Part shown: in pieces, positions 39,199-49,700 of the stretch
How positions within the stretch are numbered: the stretch's first letter is position 1
Layout: every line of letters begins with the position of its first letter
Origin: Batkoa obscura
Lineage: Eukaryota
Length of the DNA: 64,000 nucleotides
Assembly (NCBI GenBank): GCA_030770535.1
Contig: JASVEC010000014.1
Span: forward strand, 620,001-684,000
Direction of reading: 5' to 3'
Notes under the pieces: model-generated
Seen by the model: only the letters and a program-made list of their open reading frames with translations
Told to the model about the DNA's origin: nothing
The model's database searches: none
Made by a program: the position numbers and the translations under genes

Positions 39199-39921
39199 TC
39201 AGGCTGCATATGGATCATTATCTGGATCAGCATTATATTTATACTCTATCGCGGCTGTATAAATTTTAGAAAATGCGTTACCATTAACTAAAGAAAGTAT
39301 ATATGCAGCTGTGTCGATCCCAGAAGCAGTGCCACTTGAGGTAATATATTTTTTGTTATGCACCCAACGAGCTTTATGGATCCATTTAACATCAGGGTAA
39401 TTAGGCGTATATTTAGAATAGGCCGCTTTATTAGTGGTTGCGTATATATTATCAATCAAACCAGTCTTAGCTAATATAAAGGAACCAGTGCATGTGGTAA
39501 ATACCACTTTAGACTTATTACAAAGTTGTTTATAGTTACTTATAAACTTGCTGTTGTCCAGCATTTTCGATATAGCTGTGCCTGTGCCTGGTAGTACTAG
39601 TATATCAAACTCCTGCTGGATTGCTTCTTCCATACTTAATTTCGTATTTAGTGATAAAGTATTACGCTTTGAACCAACAGTTCCATTGCTATTTTCACCA
39701 ATAGTTACAATGTCAAATATATAGTCGTTACCAATAAATATATCTGCAGATCCTATCAAGTCTAATGTAGAAAATTCAGGATATACTACTAAACCCACTC
39801 TATATCTTAAGAGTCTTGGAAAGTAGGGATCGATGATGTTTTTGAACCGTTTTTGTTTACATAAAATGTAGTTGAAGTTGAGTAATAAGAAAATGAATGT
39901 GATAAAATAATTTTGTTGCAT
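39199..39921 (-). CDS. DJ-1/PfpI family copy 6, signal peptide, intronless
   Basis: Leader MQQNYFITFIFLLLNFNYILC; LDLIGS, TTCTG, ATTNK. Confidence 0.92.
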   Translation of the reverse strand: MQQNYFITFIFLLLNFNYILCKQKRFKNIIDPYFPRLLRYRVGLVVYPEFSTLDLIGSADIFIGNDYIFDIVTIGENSNGTVGSKRNTLSLNTKLSMEEAIQQEFDILVLPGTGTAISKMLDNSKFISNYKQLCNKSKVVFTTCTGSFILAKTGLIDNIYATTNKAAYSKYTPNYPDVKWIHKARWVHNKKYITSSGTASGIDTAAYILSLVNGNAFSKIYTAAIEYKYNADPDNDPYAA

Positions 39922-40111
39922 ATTTGTATGTTTGATTCCTTTAATTGTAATAAAGCTTAATTTTTATTATTTTATATAGTCCTTATGTACTATTTTAAGT
40001 GGAGGCTTCTTAATAGATTCCTCATTTAGATTCAGTGGATTTAATATAAATCTTAATTAACTTTTAGTGGAATTCAATTCTTGGCTTATTTTAGCCATTA
40101 AAGCTACATAT

Positions 40112-40210
40112 GAGGATGTATTTTTTTGTTTAAAAGTTTTACTAACAATCTTTCCACTCAAGTAGCGCTTAAAAGATAGAAAAAGTGATGAAACCAGAAA
40201 AAACATCCTC
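40112..40210 (+). mobile_element. MITE family A copy with GAGG/CCTC ends
   Basis: ATAT-GAGGATG...CATCCTC-ATAT. Confidence 0.85.
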
Positions 40211-41684
40211 ATATTCTAATAATACCAAAGATTAGATAAGTATTATCTATATTCAATTAAGACCAGGATCATTTAAAAAAGGCATTTTAATAGTAGTTCT
40301 AATATGCTCTATCTTACCTAGACAATATAACCTTGTATATCACTATAATTTTTGTGATAAAATACAATGAGATTTATAAATAACCATTTAGAATTGTTAC
40401 ATGTGCTTCATAAATGTTAAATACTACAAGAAAGTTGAAAGTTGAAACCTCAAGTATCTAGTGATTTTTTAACAGCTTTAACCTAAGATTTTTTATGATT
40501 ATCACTTTCGTAATCCATCATAAAATAGCCCTCCCACATTTTATACATTAAAGCACTTGGAGGTTTACTCTTTCGAAGTTTAAAAAAATCAAATAGAGAA
40601 GCAATTTGAAATTAAATGAATACTAAATAGTTTTAATTTTGAAAGGACATATGGAAATTAAAAAACAATAGGAAGTTACTTCTAATAAACTAAACATATT
40701 TTCTAAAAATAGGACTTTACCAAGCTTGTTGTTTAAATTTTTCATCATCATAATATCAATAAAAGGGTGAAGTGTAACTATGTTAATTAATTCTAAAGTT
40801 CGCTTTTTTTCTAGTTTTAATTCTATAAATTTTCATAGGATTATTGGTAAATAATATGATAACAATCGCTTTTTATATATTTGGGGCTAGTTATGGTAGG
40901 TTTTTTTGTTATTGACTTCATGGTTTCTACTTTTCCAGCACAAACATAATGCCTTTTATATATATTATATATATTTGGGTGGGTGATTGTAACATTAAAT
41001 CCAAGTATCAATTAGCTTATATCGCTATAACAAATTGAGTACAAAAAAGATGGATTAAAAATATCGATTTTAGAATAACAAAATTAATAAACTTTTATCC
41101 CATATTAACTCCCTTCTTTAGAGCAAGTGAATACACTTATTAGGTTGCTCATAGTGCTTCGTTACAGATTTTTACACGCAGAAATTAGCTAATAGGAAAT
41201 AGCTGCAAGACAATAAATAATTTAACTGAAAATAAGCTCATTTTAGAGATAAAAAATATGAGAATGTCTTTCGTAGTTTCATTGTTTTTTACATTTCTAA
41301 ATGCTATTGGGAGGAGAAAATATAAATCAATTTTTTAAACGAAAAATATCCCATGTTTATTGTTGTAATCAACAACTTACTTGTTTTTTACGTCCGTGAA
41401 TATGTAAAGAGATATCATGAATAACCTAATATAATTACATTCCAGTGATTCAATTTATTCACTAGCTATAAAAGCAATAAAGTTGGATTTTGTGTATTTT
41501 CATTTATTACCAACCTCAAATAAACGTTTGTTGTGTGGGTTTTGATTCTATAAAACGATTGAAAACAGAATGACAAAATAATCAAATTTTTTATTTTTAT
41601 TACTGAAACTATAGTATTTTGTTGATTTTTAGTTTGAAAGGTCAAAATTATCAATGAAAAACATATAACCATTATTTTTACAAT

Positions 41685-42419
41685 TTATTTTAAATCCAAA
41701 ACGGCATATGGATCGTTATCTGGATCGTCATTGTACTTATATTCTAGAACATCCGAATAACGTTTGGCGCTTTCGTCGCCTTTGATTAAAGAAAAGATAT
41801 ACATGGCTGCGTCAGTACCGGCTGTAATCCCACTTGAAGTGATGTATTTTTTATTGTGTACCCAGCGAGCATGATAAATCCATTTGACATTAGGGTAATT
41901 TGGTGTGTGTTTAGGATAAGCTTGTTTATTAGTGGTGGCATTTATATTATCAATTAATCCAGTTTTAGCTAATAGTAATGAGCCAGTGCAAATAGTAAAT
42001 ACCACTTTAGCTTTACTACAAAGTTGTTTATAATTATTTATAAACTTATCGTTGTCTAATATTTTTAATCCGTTTGAATCTGCACCTGGGAGTACCAATA
42101 TATCGAATTCTTGTTGAATTGCTTCTTCCATACTTAATTTTGTGTTGAATAGTAGAGTATTACTTTTAGAACCAACGGTACCATTACTATTTTCACCAAT
42201 AGTTATGGTTTCAAATAATTCACTATTATCACTAAATACTTCGGCAGGCCCTACTAGATCCAATAATGTAAATTCTTTGTATATTACTAGGCCTATTTTG
42301 TATTTTTGAAGTTTTGGAAAATAAGGATCAATAATATTTTTTGAAACTTTTTCTTTACTCATTATTATATTAAAATTTAATAATAACAAAACAAAGGATA
42401 AAAAACTAAACTGCTGCAT
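41685..42419 (-). CDS. DJ-1/PfpI family copy 7, signal peptide, intronless
   Basis: Leader MQQFSFLSFVLLLLNFNII then MSKEKVSKNIIDPYFP; LDLVGP, TICTG, ATTNK. Confidence 0.92.
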   Translation of the reverse strand: MQQFSFLSFVLLLLNFNIIMSKEKVSKNIIDPYFPKLQKYKIGLVIYKEFTLLDLVGPAEVFSDNSELFETITIGENSNGTVGSKSNTLLFNTKLSMEEAIQQEFDILVLPGADSNGLKILDNDKFINNYKQLCSKAKVVFTICTGSLLLAKTGLIDNINATTNKQAYPKHTPNYPNVKWIYHARWVHNKKYITSSGITAGTDAAMYIFSLIKGDESAKRYSDVLEYKYNDDPDNDPYAVLDLK

Positions 42420-42692
42420 TTTTGTATCCCTTTAGGAATATCAGGCCTCCTTTTTATATTTTTTTATTGTTCTGTTTTCAATGTAGCTTTCAATGTATTT
42501 TCAATCTATTTTTAGATTTCAAGTTATGCTTTTTGTTTATTTTAGCATTTAGATTTCACAACTAGTGTTTGTTTAAATGTTGTAGGATAGCTCAGAAATA
42601 CTAACAGTATGTTACTAATATTAATAAAGTCAGATGTTCAATTTATAATATTATACATAAAGCTCATAATAAAAGTAGAATATAATATATAT

Positions 42693-42783
42693 GGTGCTGT
42701 TTTTTTTAGTTTCATTATTTTTTCATCTTTTAAGCGCTATTTAAATGAAAAGATTGTAGTAAAACTCTTAAAAATACATCCCC
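42693..42783 (-). mobile_element. MITE family A copy
   Basis: ATAT-GGTGCTG...CATCCCC-ATAT. Confidence 0.8.
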
Positions 42784-43586
42784 ATATTTTAAATATGTAT
42801 TCTTTTTGATATGTTATCGTTTATTTTGAAGTGAAATAAATTTTTGGTTTTAGAAATAAACAAGAAACTTCAAAATATTGAAAAACGACAAGCTGGGTTC
42901 CATGTTAGCCTATGTTTCTCTGTAAAGTCAAGTGTTTATATCTTACTTTTCAAGAAGGTTTATTATAAATTTATATCATCGATACACCCTCTTGGCTATT
43001 TAAAAACCAGTATTGTAACAATAAATCTATTTTTATATTTTTGTAGTTTTATAAATTGATAGGTGAAATAATAACGCTGGGATTTCTGTTCAAAAAATCT
43101 GTTTTGCCGAAACCCCGAAGCTAAGTAATAAAATGAAATCAATTGTTGGATCTAAGCCAGAAAAAAAGATGTCTTTCACCATCATACTTTCTTTTAGGAA
43201 GTCTTAGCTATTATATCCTGCATTATCAGAAATGATTTTTTATATGAACAAGTATTTACTTAATCTTTGATTATCATTCTTTATATAGTAAATACTAACG
43301 TTTGATAACAACAATGTTAGAAGCATTAACATCTTTCGAAATAATTAAAATTAAAATTAATGGTGTGAATCAAAACAAAAATATAAGTATATAATGTCAT
43401 CTTTATTTTTATCTTTATTTTAGTTAATTAGTATAATGAGGTATAATAATTGATTTGATTATTAATAACATCAACTTAATAAACTAATATATTATTTTAA
43501 TAAATAATTACGAATTAATTAAAAGTTTTAGAAATTATTCTTTTTATAGCAAACAGCATCCATGATTAATAGCAAAGCCAACATAT

Positions 43587-43685
43587 GAGGGTGCTTTTTT
43601 TTGCTTCATTGCTTTTTCCATCTTTTAAGCACTATTTGAGCGGAAAAATTGGTAGTAAAATTCTTAAACACAAAAACACATCCCC
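43587..43685 (-). mobile_element. MITE family A copy
   Basis: ATAT-GAGGGTG...CATCCCC-ATAT. Confidence 0.85.
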
Positions 43686-44132
43686 ATATATAAAGTTGAA
43701 CAATTTAATAGTCATATATAATAGCTTCAAAATATACAAGTTGGACTTGTATTGATATATTTTCTTGATGAAATAATAAAATAACTGATTAAAGGAAGAA
43801 TGATGACAAATTAATAGTCTTTACTAAACTTTATAAGTTAGGATGTATTTTCATTTTTTATAATGATTTTCAATGATTATTTGAGCATAAGCTTTTTTTC
43901 TACTATTTTATTCCACTAGTTTTTTTCAAACTTGAAGCTAATTTTTTAAAATCATTTTAAATTTAATATGAACATTTACATGGCAAATTTCATAACTATT
44001 TTTCAAACTAATTTATACAGAATATAACTTATTGACTTTTGCTTATAAACTAGAAAGTAATACAGCCAGTATCTAACACAAATACTTTCTATAAAGAATT
44101 TAGCTCTAATGATACTTAAACAAGCAACAGTT

Positions 44133-44223
44133 GAAGGATATTTTTTTGACCTTATCACTTTTCCCATTTTTTTAAACACTATTTGAGTGGAAAAATTGCT
44201 AGTAAACAAAGAAATACATCCCC
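44133..44223 (-). mobile_element. MITE family A copy
   Basis: GAAGGATA...CTATTTGAGTGGAAAA...CATCCCC. Confidence 0.75.
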
Positions 44224-44292
44224 AATTATTTAGTTTAGCATAAAATAATAATGGGCGATATCAATAGTTAAAAATAGCTACGAATTTATTAA

Positions 44293-44445
44293 AATTCCAC
44301 TAAAAGTTAATTAAGATTTATATTAAATCCACTGAATCTAAATGAGGAATCTATTAAGAAGCCTCCACTTAAAATAGTACATAAGGACTATATAAAATAA
44401 CAAAAATTAAGCTTTATTACAATTAAAGGAATCAAACATACAAAT
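44293..44445 (+). promoter_or_regulatory. Proximal promoter shared by DJ-1 copies 4, 5, 6 and 8
   Basis: Near-identical block upstream of four genes; TATATAAA at 44389; TCCACT at 44296, 44328, 44364. Confidence 0.7.
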
Positions 44446-45171
44446 ATGCAACAAAATTATTTTATCACATTCATTTTCTTATTACTCAACTTCAACTACA
44501 TTTTATGTAAACAAAAACGGTTCAAAAACATCATCGATCCCTACTTTCCAAGACTCTTAAAATATAAAGTAGGCTTAATAATCTATCCCAACTTCAACTT
44601 ACTCGATGTTGTTGGGCCCTCAGATGTCTTTAGTGGAAACGACTTTCTATTCTCTATAACAACAATAGGAGAAACCAAAAATGGCACTGTAGCTTCAAAA
44701 AGTGGTACATTAAAACTAAATACTGAATTAAATATGGAAGAAGCTATTCAACAAGATTTTGATATTCTAGTATTACCAGGTGCAGATTCTCCAGATGGGA
44801 TAGAGATATTAAATAATGAGAGATTTGTAAATAATTATAAGCAATTATGTAACAAATCTAAAGTGGTATTTACTACTTGTACAGGCTCTTTAATTTTAGC
44901 AAAAACTGGCTTAATCGATCGAGTATACGCTACCACTAATAAACAAGCTTACAAAAAATATACTCGAGATTATCCCAACGTTAAATGGATTCACAAAGCT
45001 CGTTGGATACATAATAAGAAGTACATTACTTCAAGTGGAGTAACTGCTAGTATCGATGCGTCAATTTATATAATCTCATTGATTACTGGTGATACTTATA
45101 CAAAGTTCTTTGAACATGAAATTGAGTACAAATACAACGATAATCCAGATAATGATCCTTATGCCGTTTAG
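44446..45171 (+). CDS. DJ-1/PfpI family copy 8, signal peptide, intronless
   Basis: Same first 38 aa as copy 6; LDVVGP, TTCTG, ATTNK. Confidence 0.92.
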   Translation: MQQNYFITFIFLLLNFNYILCKQKRFKNIIDPYFPRLLKYKVGLIIYPNFNLLDVVGPSDVFSGNDFLFSITTIGETKNGTVASKSGTLKLNTELNMEEAIQQDFDILVLPGADSPDGIEILNNERFVNNYKQLCNKSKVVFTTCTGSLILAKTGLIDRVYATTNKQAYKKYTRDYPNVKWIHKARWIHNKKYITSSGVTASIDASIYIISLITGDTYTKFFEHEIEYKYNDNPDNDPYAV

Positions 45172-45558
45172 AGGTTATGGTGGTACATTTGTATTATTAT
45201 TTATTATCAGACTCAAATAAAGAATTACCTATTTAAATCAAAAATTTTGTATAGGGAAAATAATTTTAGAATAACTTTATTAAGTTTTTTGACTATTGAA
45301 GTACTAACGAGGTATGGGGATATTGGAATTGGTTTCATTTTTTATCTGATTTTTAAATGCTTGATATTTTGAAAGTTTTGGTTAAAATTATATAAATAAA
45401 AGTATCCAACACAATTTTAAACTATTTTATTATAATTCATATTGTAAGTTAGCAGAATTTCTACTAGATCTAATAAAAATTCATATATTGATAAGGTTTT
45501 TAGTAGTATAATATATATATTGATATTAACCAAAGTTGTAGGATGTAAATAAATATAT

Positions 45559-45654
45559 GGGGATGTATTTTTGTGTTTAAGAATTTTACTACCAATTTTT
45601 CCGCTCAAATAGCGCATAAAAATGAATAAGTGATGAAGCCAAAAAAACACCACC
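45559..45654 (+). mobile_element. MITE family A copy
   Basis: ATAT-GGGGATG...CACCACC-ATAT. Confidence 0.85.
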
Positions 45655-45759
45655 ATATACTTCTATAAAACATCATTGAGGAATATCTATTATTACTGCT
45701 TTATAGCCACATTGTAGATTTACTGTCAAATAAACAAATCATTTAATGTTGTAATTACG

Positions 45760-46130
45760 TTATTAATAATAGTAAACTTCAGTGGTATTTTTTTCTCTTT
45801 TTTGCTTTATTATAAAATTCCATAAATTTTAAGCTATTATAGATAGTTGTTAAAATTAACGTAAATAAATTATAATACTTATGTAATATATTTCTGCTTA
45901 GTATATTAAAATTTTAAAAAATTCCATTTTGAAGTTTAGTTATAAAAATTTGAACTTCATTTTTAATAAAAAATAAAGTCAAACTACATTTATATATTAT
46001 ATATCTATTAAACATTTGATAATAGAAGGATTATAAACCCTTTAAATTCAACTAATCATACATTAAGGACTTACAAATTTAAAACTTGATTTAGATTAAT
46101 TTTGAAATCCCTCCTCAGCTTGGATATCTC
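45760..46130 (-). mobile_element. Repeat family B copy
   Basis: Shares AATTCCATTTTGAAGTTTAGT and AATTCAACTAATCATACA with the reverse complement of 17346-17727. Confidence 0.65.
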
Positions 46131-46225
46131 TATATGAGGCCCAACTGTTTTCTGTATCACAAACTGATACTAAGTCTTTATTATGAGTAAATAATATAAA
46201 TACTTATTAACTATAAAATTTTTAA

Positions 46226-46296
46226 GCAATGTTGGTTTAGTGGTAAAATTGCCGCCTGCCACGCGGCAGCCCCGGGTTCGATTCCCGGACATTGCA
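46226..46296 (+). tRNA. tRNA-Gly(GCC), identical to 38887-38957, opposite strand
   Basis: Same 71-nt sequence. Confidence 0.95.
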
Positions 46297-46370
46297 TGCT
46301 ATACTGGCAGTATATTATTGTTTTTCCTCCTCACAATAGGAGTGGAAAACATGGTAAAATACTTCTATAC

Positions 46371-46470
46371 GGGGGGTGTATTTTTTTGTTTAAGAATTTT
46401 ACTAACAAGTTTTCCACTCAAATAGCGCTTAAAAGATGGAAAAAATAATGAAACCGAAAAAAACACTCCC
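46371..46470 (+). mobile_element. MITE family A copy with ATAC/GTAT flanks
   Basis: ATAC-GGGGGGTG...CACTCCC-GTAT. Confidence 0.85.
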
Positions 46471-46774
46471 GTATCTTCACTAGTTAATATTGATTGGTAA
46501 AGTGAGATATCATTTTGTAAGTCGAGAGTTGTGATAATATTGTTATAGTGGAATTAAAGTTTCTAGCTGGTATTGATCTCTTGTTTAGTTTAATTTTACT
46601 TTTAGTTATAATTAATAAATAACTTAACTTTCTTTGCACTGATTTATTAAACTTAAAAATTAAAAATTTCATAATTTATTTAAAAATTCAAAATCGATAT
46701 TAATTCAAAAAATAACTCATTTGTTAAAAGAAAATTATATTTATATACTACCAACCAAAATTAAATACCCCCCT

Positions 46775-49700
46775 TTAAATCCTCTTACAATAACCTGACG
46801 GGAACCATCCCCTCTCTCTTGAAAATGCGTCTTCTCCATACCACCATGGTGAACTTGAATTCTTGGTCACTTTAAAAACATTCAAATCGATTCCCGGGAC
46901 CAATGAAAGCTCTGTAGGCCCACTAGCTTTATATGGAAACAATGCTTTACAATGGAACAGTATAGTTCTTTCCTTTTTACTACTTATAGTTGTAGTGGTT
47001 TGCATGGTTGAAATTGAGTCCCTAGTCTTATGTGATCTCAGATGATTGCTATCCTCGGCATGGGATTTAGGAGATGAATAGCTATTCACCGGGGAATGTG
47101 CCTCTGTAGAAGTTTCTGAGTAAATACTGGAGCCGTCTTGTGCTTTATTAATGTTCAATCCCAGTGTATTTTTAACACTATGTTCCTTAAGTAGAAAAGA
47201 GGCGGTTGATTCCATTGAGTTTGTTTTTGAGTGATTGATCGATGATATTTGAGAGTGGGATTTAAAAGCTTCTTGTTTAAAGCTTAAATTCATATTGAAA
47301 GATTGTAATGGATCAACTAGATTACTAGTGCTATGGGAAGTCCTTATTTCATTCTTAAGTATCTCATCATAAGCGCTGCCTTCGTTATTATTATCGGTGT
47401 TGCCCTGTGCAAAATTGCTAATTAAAGACTCTTTAATTCTCTGCATATCATCTGAGGTTAGCCCGGGCACCATTAGACTATCCATACTTAGCTCATTTGC
47501 CTTTCTAGACTCTGGGTTCAATAAGCTGCTAGCAAAATACGAGTTTTCGCCTGGATGTGTTAGAAAAGGTGAGCTATTATTCCTATCTATCATAGGGGCT
47601 AAAGAGATAATTAATATAAAAATAAACTAAAATTATAACAAATTGTACCTGCTGATGATTTGGCATCACTCTTTGACCTATAAAAATGGGCCGGAATAGC
47701 CGATCTTTTCTTCATAATGTCAGTTGTTAAGCTATTATTCTTATTGTGTGAGATCATGTTATTCGAGTCAATATCACTGCCTTCTGAAACTGATCTTTGG
47801 ATATGAACTAAAACATAAATAAGCATAATACATAATAAATAAATATTCCCTTACCAGAATTAAAAATAGCAGAGGGACCAATAATAGATAGGGCAGCTTT
47901 ACTGAAAGGGTCTTGCTCACCAAATCCCTTAATTTTATCAAAGTAATCTGCTTTTAAATCAGAACTTATGTTATGGTTTTTATCAAATAAAATCAACAAA
48001 CGATTTAAATCTTGATAAGGTCGTGAATAAACTTCTTTTTGAATCGTAGCAAACTGTCCAACCAATAGTAAGAAGATTTTACTACCACTTTGTAAGAACT
48101 GGGGCAATTCATCTATCAATTGCTGATTGATTAACTCATACCCTTCAGATAATTCTGCCAAGCTTTTGTTGTTCTATTTAAATAATGTGTTAAATATTTA
48201 TTATTTAGTTTATATAATGTTATAATCTACCTCTTTGTCTTTGTTCTTTAAATGCTGGTCGTAATCATACAATTTTCGGTCTCTTTTCTTCATAATAATC
48301 GTTGGTTTGTTAAACAACTGACACAATTGTTGTACTCTTTCATACAAAACAGTATTGACTTCATGATCCAAATAGGTTACAGTATCTTTAGTGAGATGTT
48401 CAATCGCTTTAAGAAATTCAGATACATATAATTGCAAAGGGGCAGGACTCGAATTAGCTACAATTTGTGATGAGGTATAAGCAGATAAATAAGCTTTAGC
48501 TAATATCTCCTGCTGAGTCAATACATTTTCGAAGTTCAATGTCCAATTTTGCACCTCAATCCAAAACTCACGTATACTATTTTCTAATTCCAATACCTTA
48601 AGGGCCAAAGTGTCATATGTCTTATCTGTTGTTTTTAGCTTGATTCCAGCAATTTTTCTCAACTGTTGCGCACCCCGAATAAGCTTTTTATTAAATCCTT
48701 GGCGTATGTCTACAGCCTCTGATTTTTTTGGTTTGTGACCGATAATCTTTTCAATTGCTTCCTTCCTCTTTTTGAACTCATTATAGTTATCGGCAGAGTT
48801 CTGAATCAGTCTAGAAGCATCCAACAAGTTTTGATAGTCCGGATGATCCTTAGGAGTCACTGACAACAATTCCTAATAACGGGATTGTATTTGTTATTAA
48901 TAAATCATAATAAAAAAATTTTAATTACCCTTAACAACAATGGATACTTTAAAAATCTTTGAATGGGCTTGATTAATAGCGAATTAATATCCCATGCTTT
49001 AGATTTGCTTTTCAGTTCTTCATCACATTTCTATTCAAGATAAATAAAATAAAAAACAAAAGACAAAAAAATTACTTCTAATAGTGCTACAGTAGAAGGA
49101 AAACGTTGAGCCATATTTTGGAGGTAAGCCATAGATGCTTCGTGATGTTTAAAATATTGTGAATATACTTCTTGAAGGTTGCTATGCTAAATATTTCCAT
49201 TATATTTCTACTAAAAGTAAAATAAAATAAACCTACTTCTTCAATGATAACTTTACCAATCATTAGCGTAGCAATCTCTTGAGAATTGATTTTAAAAAGC
49301 TGTATTAACTTTCTAGAATAGTCAATGATGTCTTCCACGTTAATAAATATGATATGAATATCCTTAACTGAAAATTCGTTTGGATTTTCTTTAGCTGCTT
49401 TCATATAAATATCCCTTAATAAAATCAAGTCCTCCCTATAGCTGACCTCAGTACTGATAAGCTCCTCCACCACATGTATCAACTTCGATTCACTATTTGA
49501 TTTACTAATCATTTCTTCTGAATGCGATCTTAAACTCTCTAAACTTTCAAACCGCTGTGGTAAAGAAAGACTAGGTGATGCTAATGGTGGGCCGTTGGTT
49601 CCAATTGAATCATTTGTTCTTGAAGAATAGTTCCTATTATGATTAATGTTCGGCCTGTTCTTATCGTTCCTACTCATCGCTGACATTGTAAACATTTCTG

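Noticed and set aside
43100..43125. TGCCGAAACCC resembling the reverse complement of a tRNA 3' end
   Set aside because: Only ~11 nt and no cloverleaf
46240..46425. 61-aa ORF
   Set aside because: Runs through tRNA-Gly and a MITE
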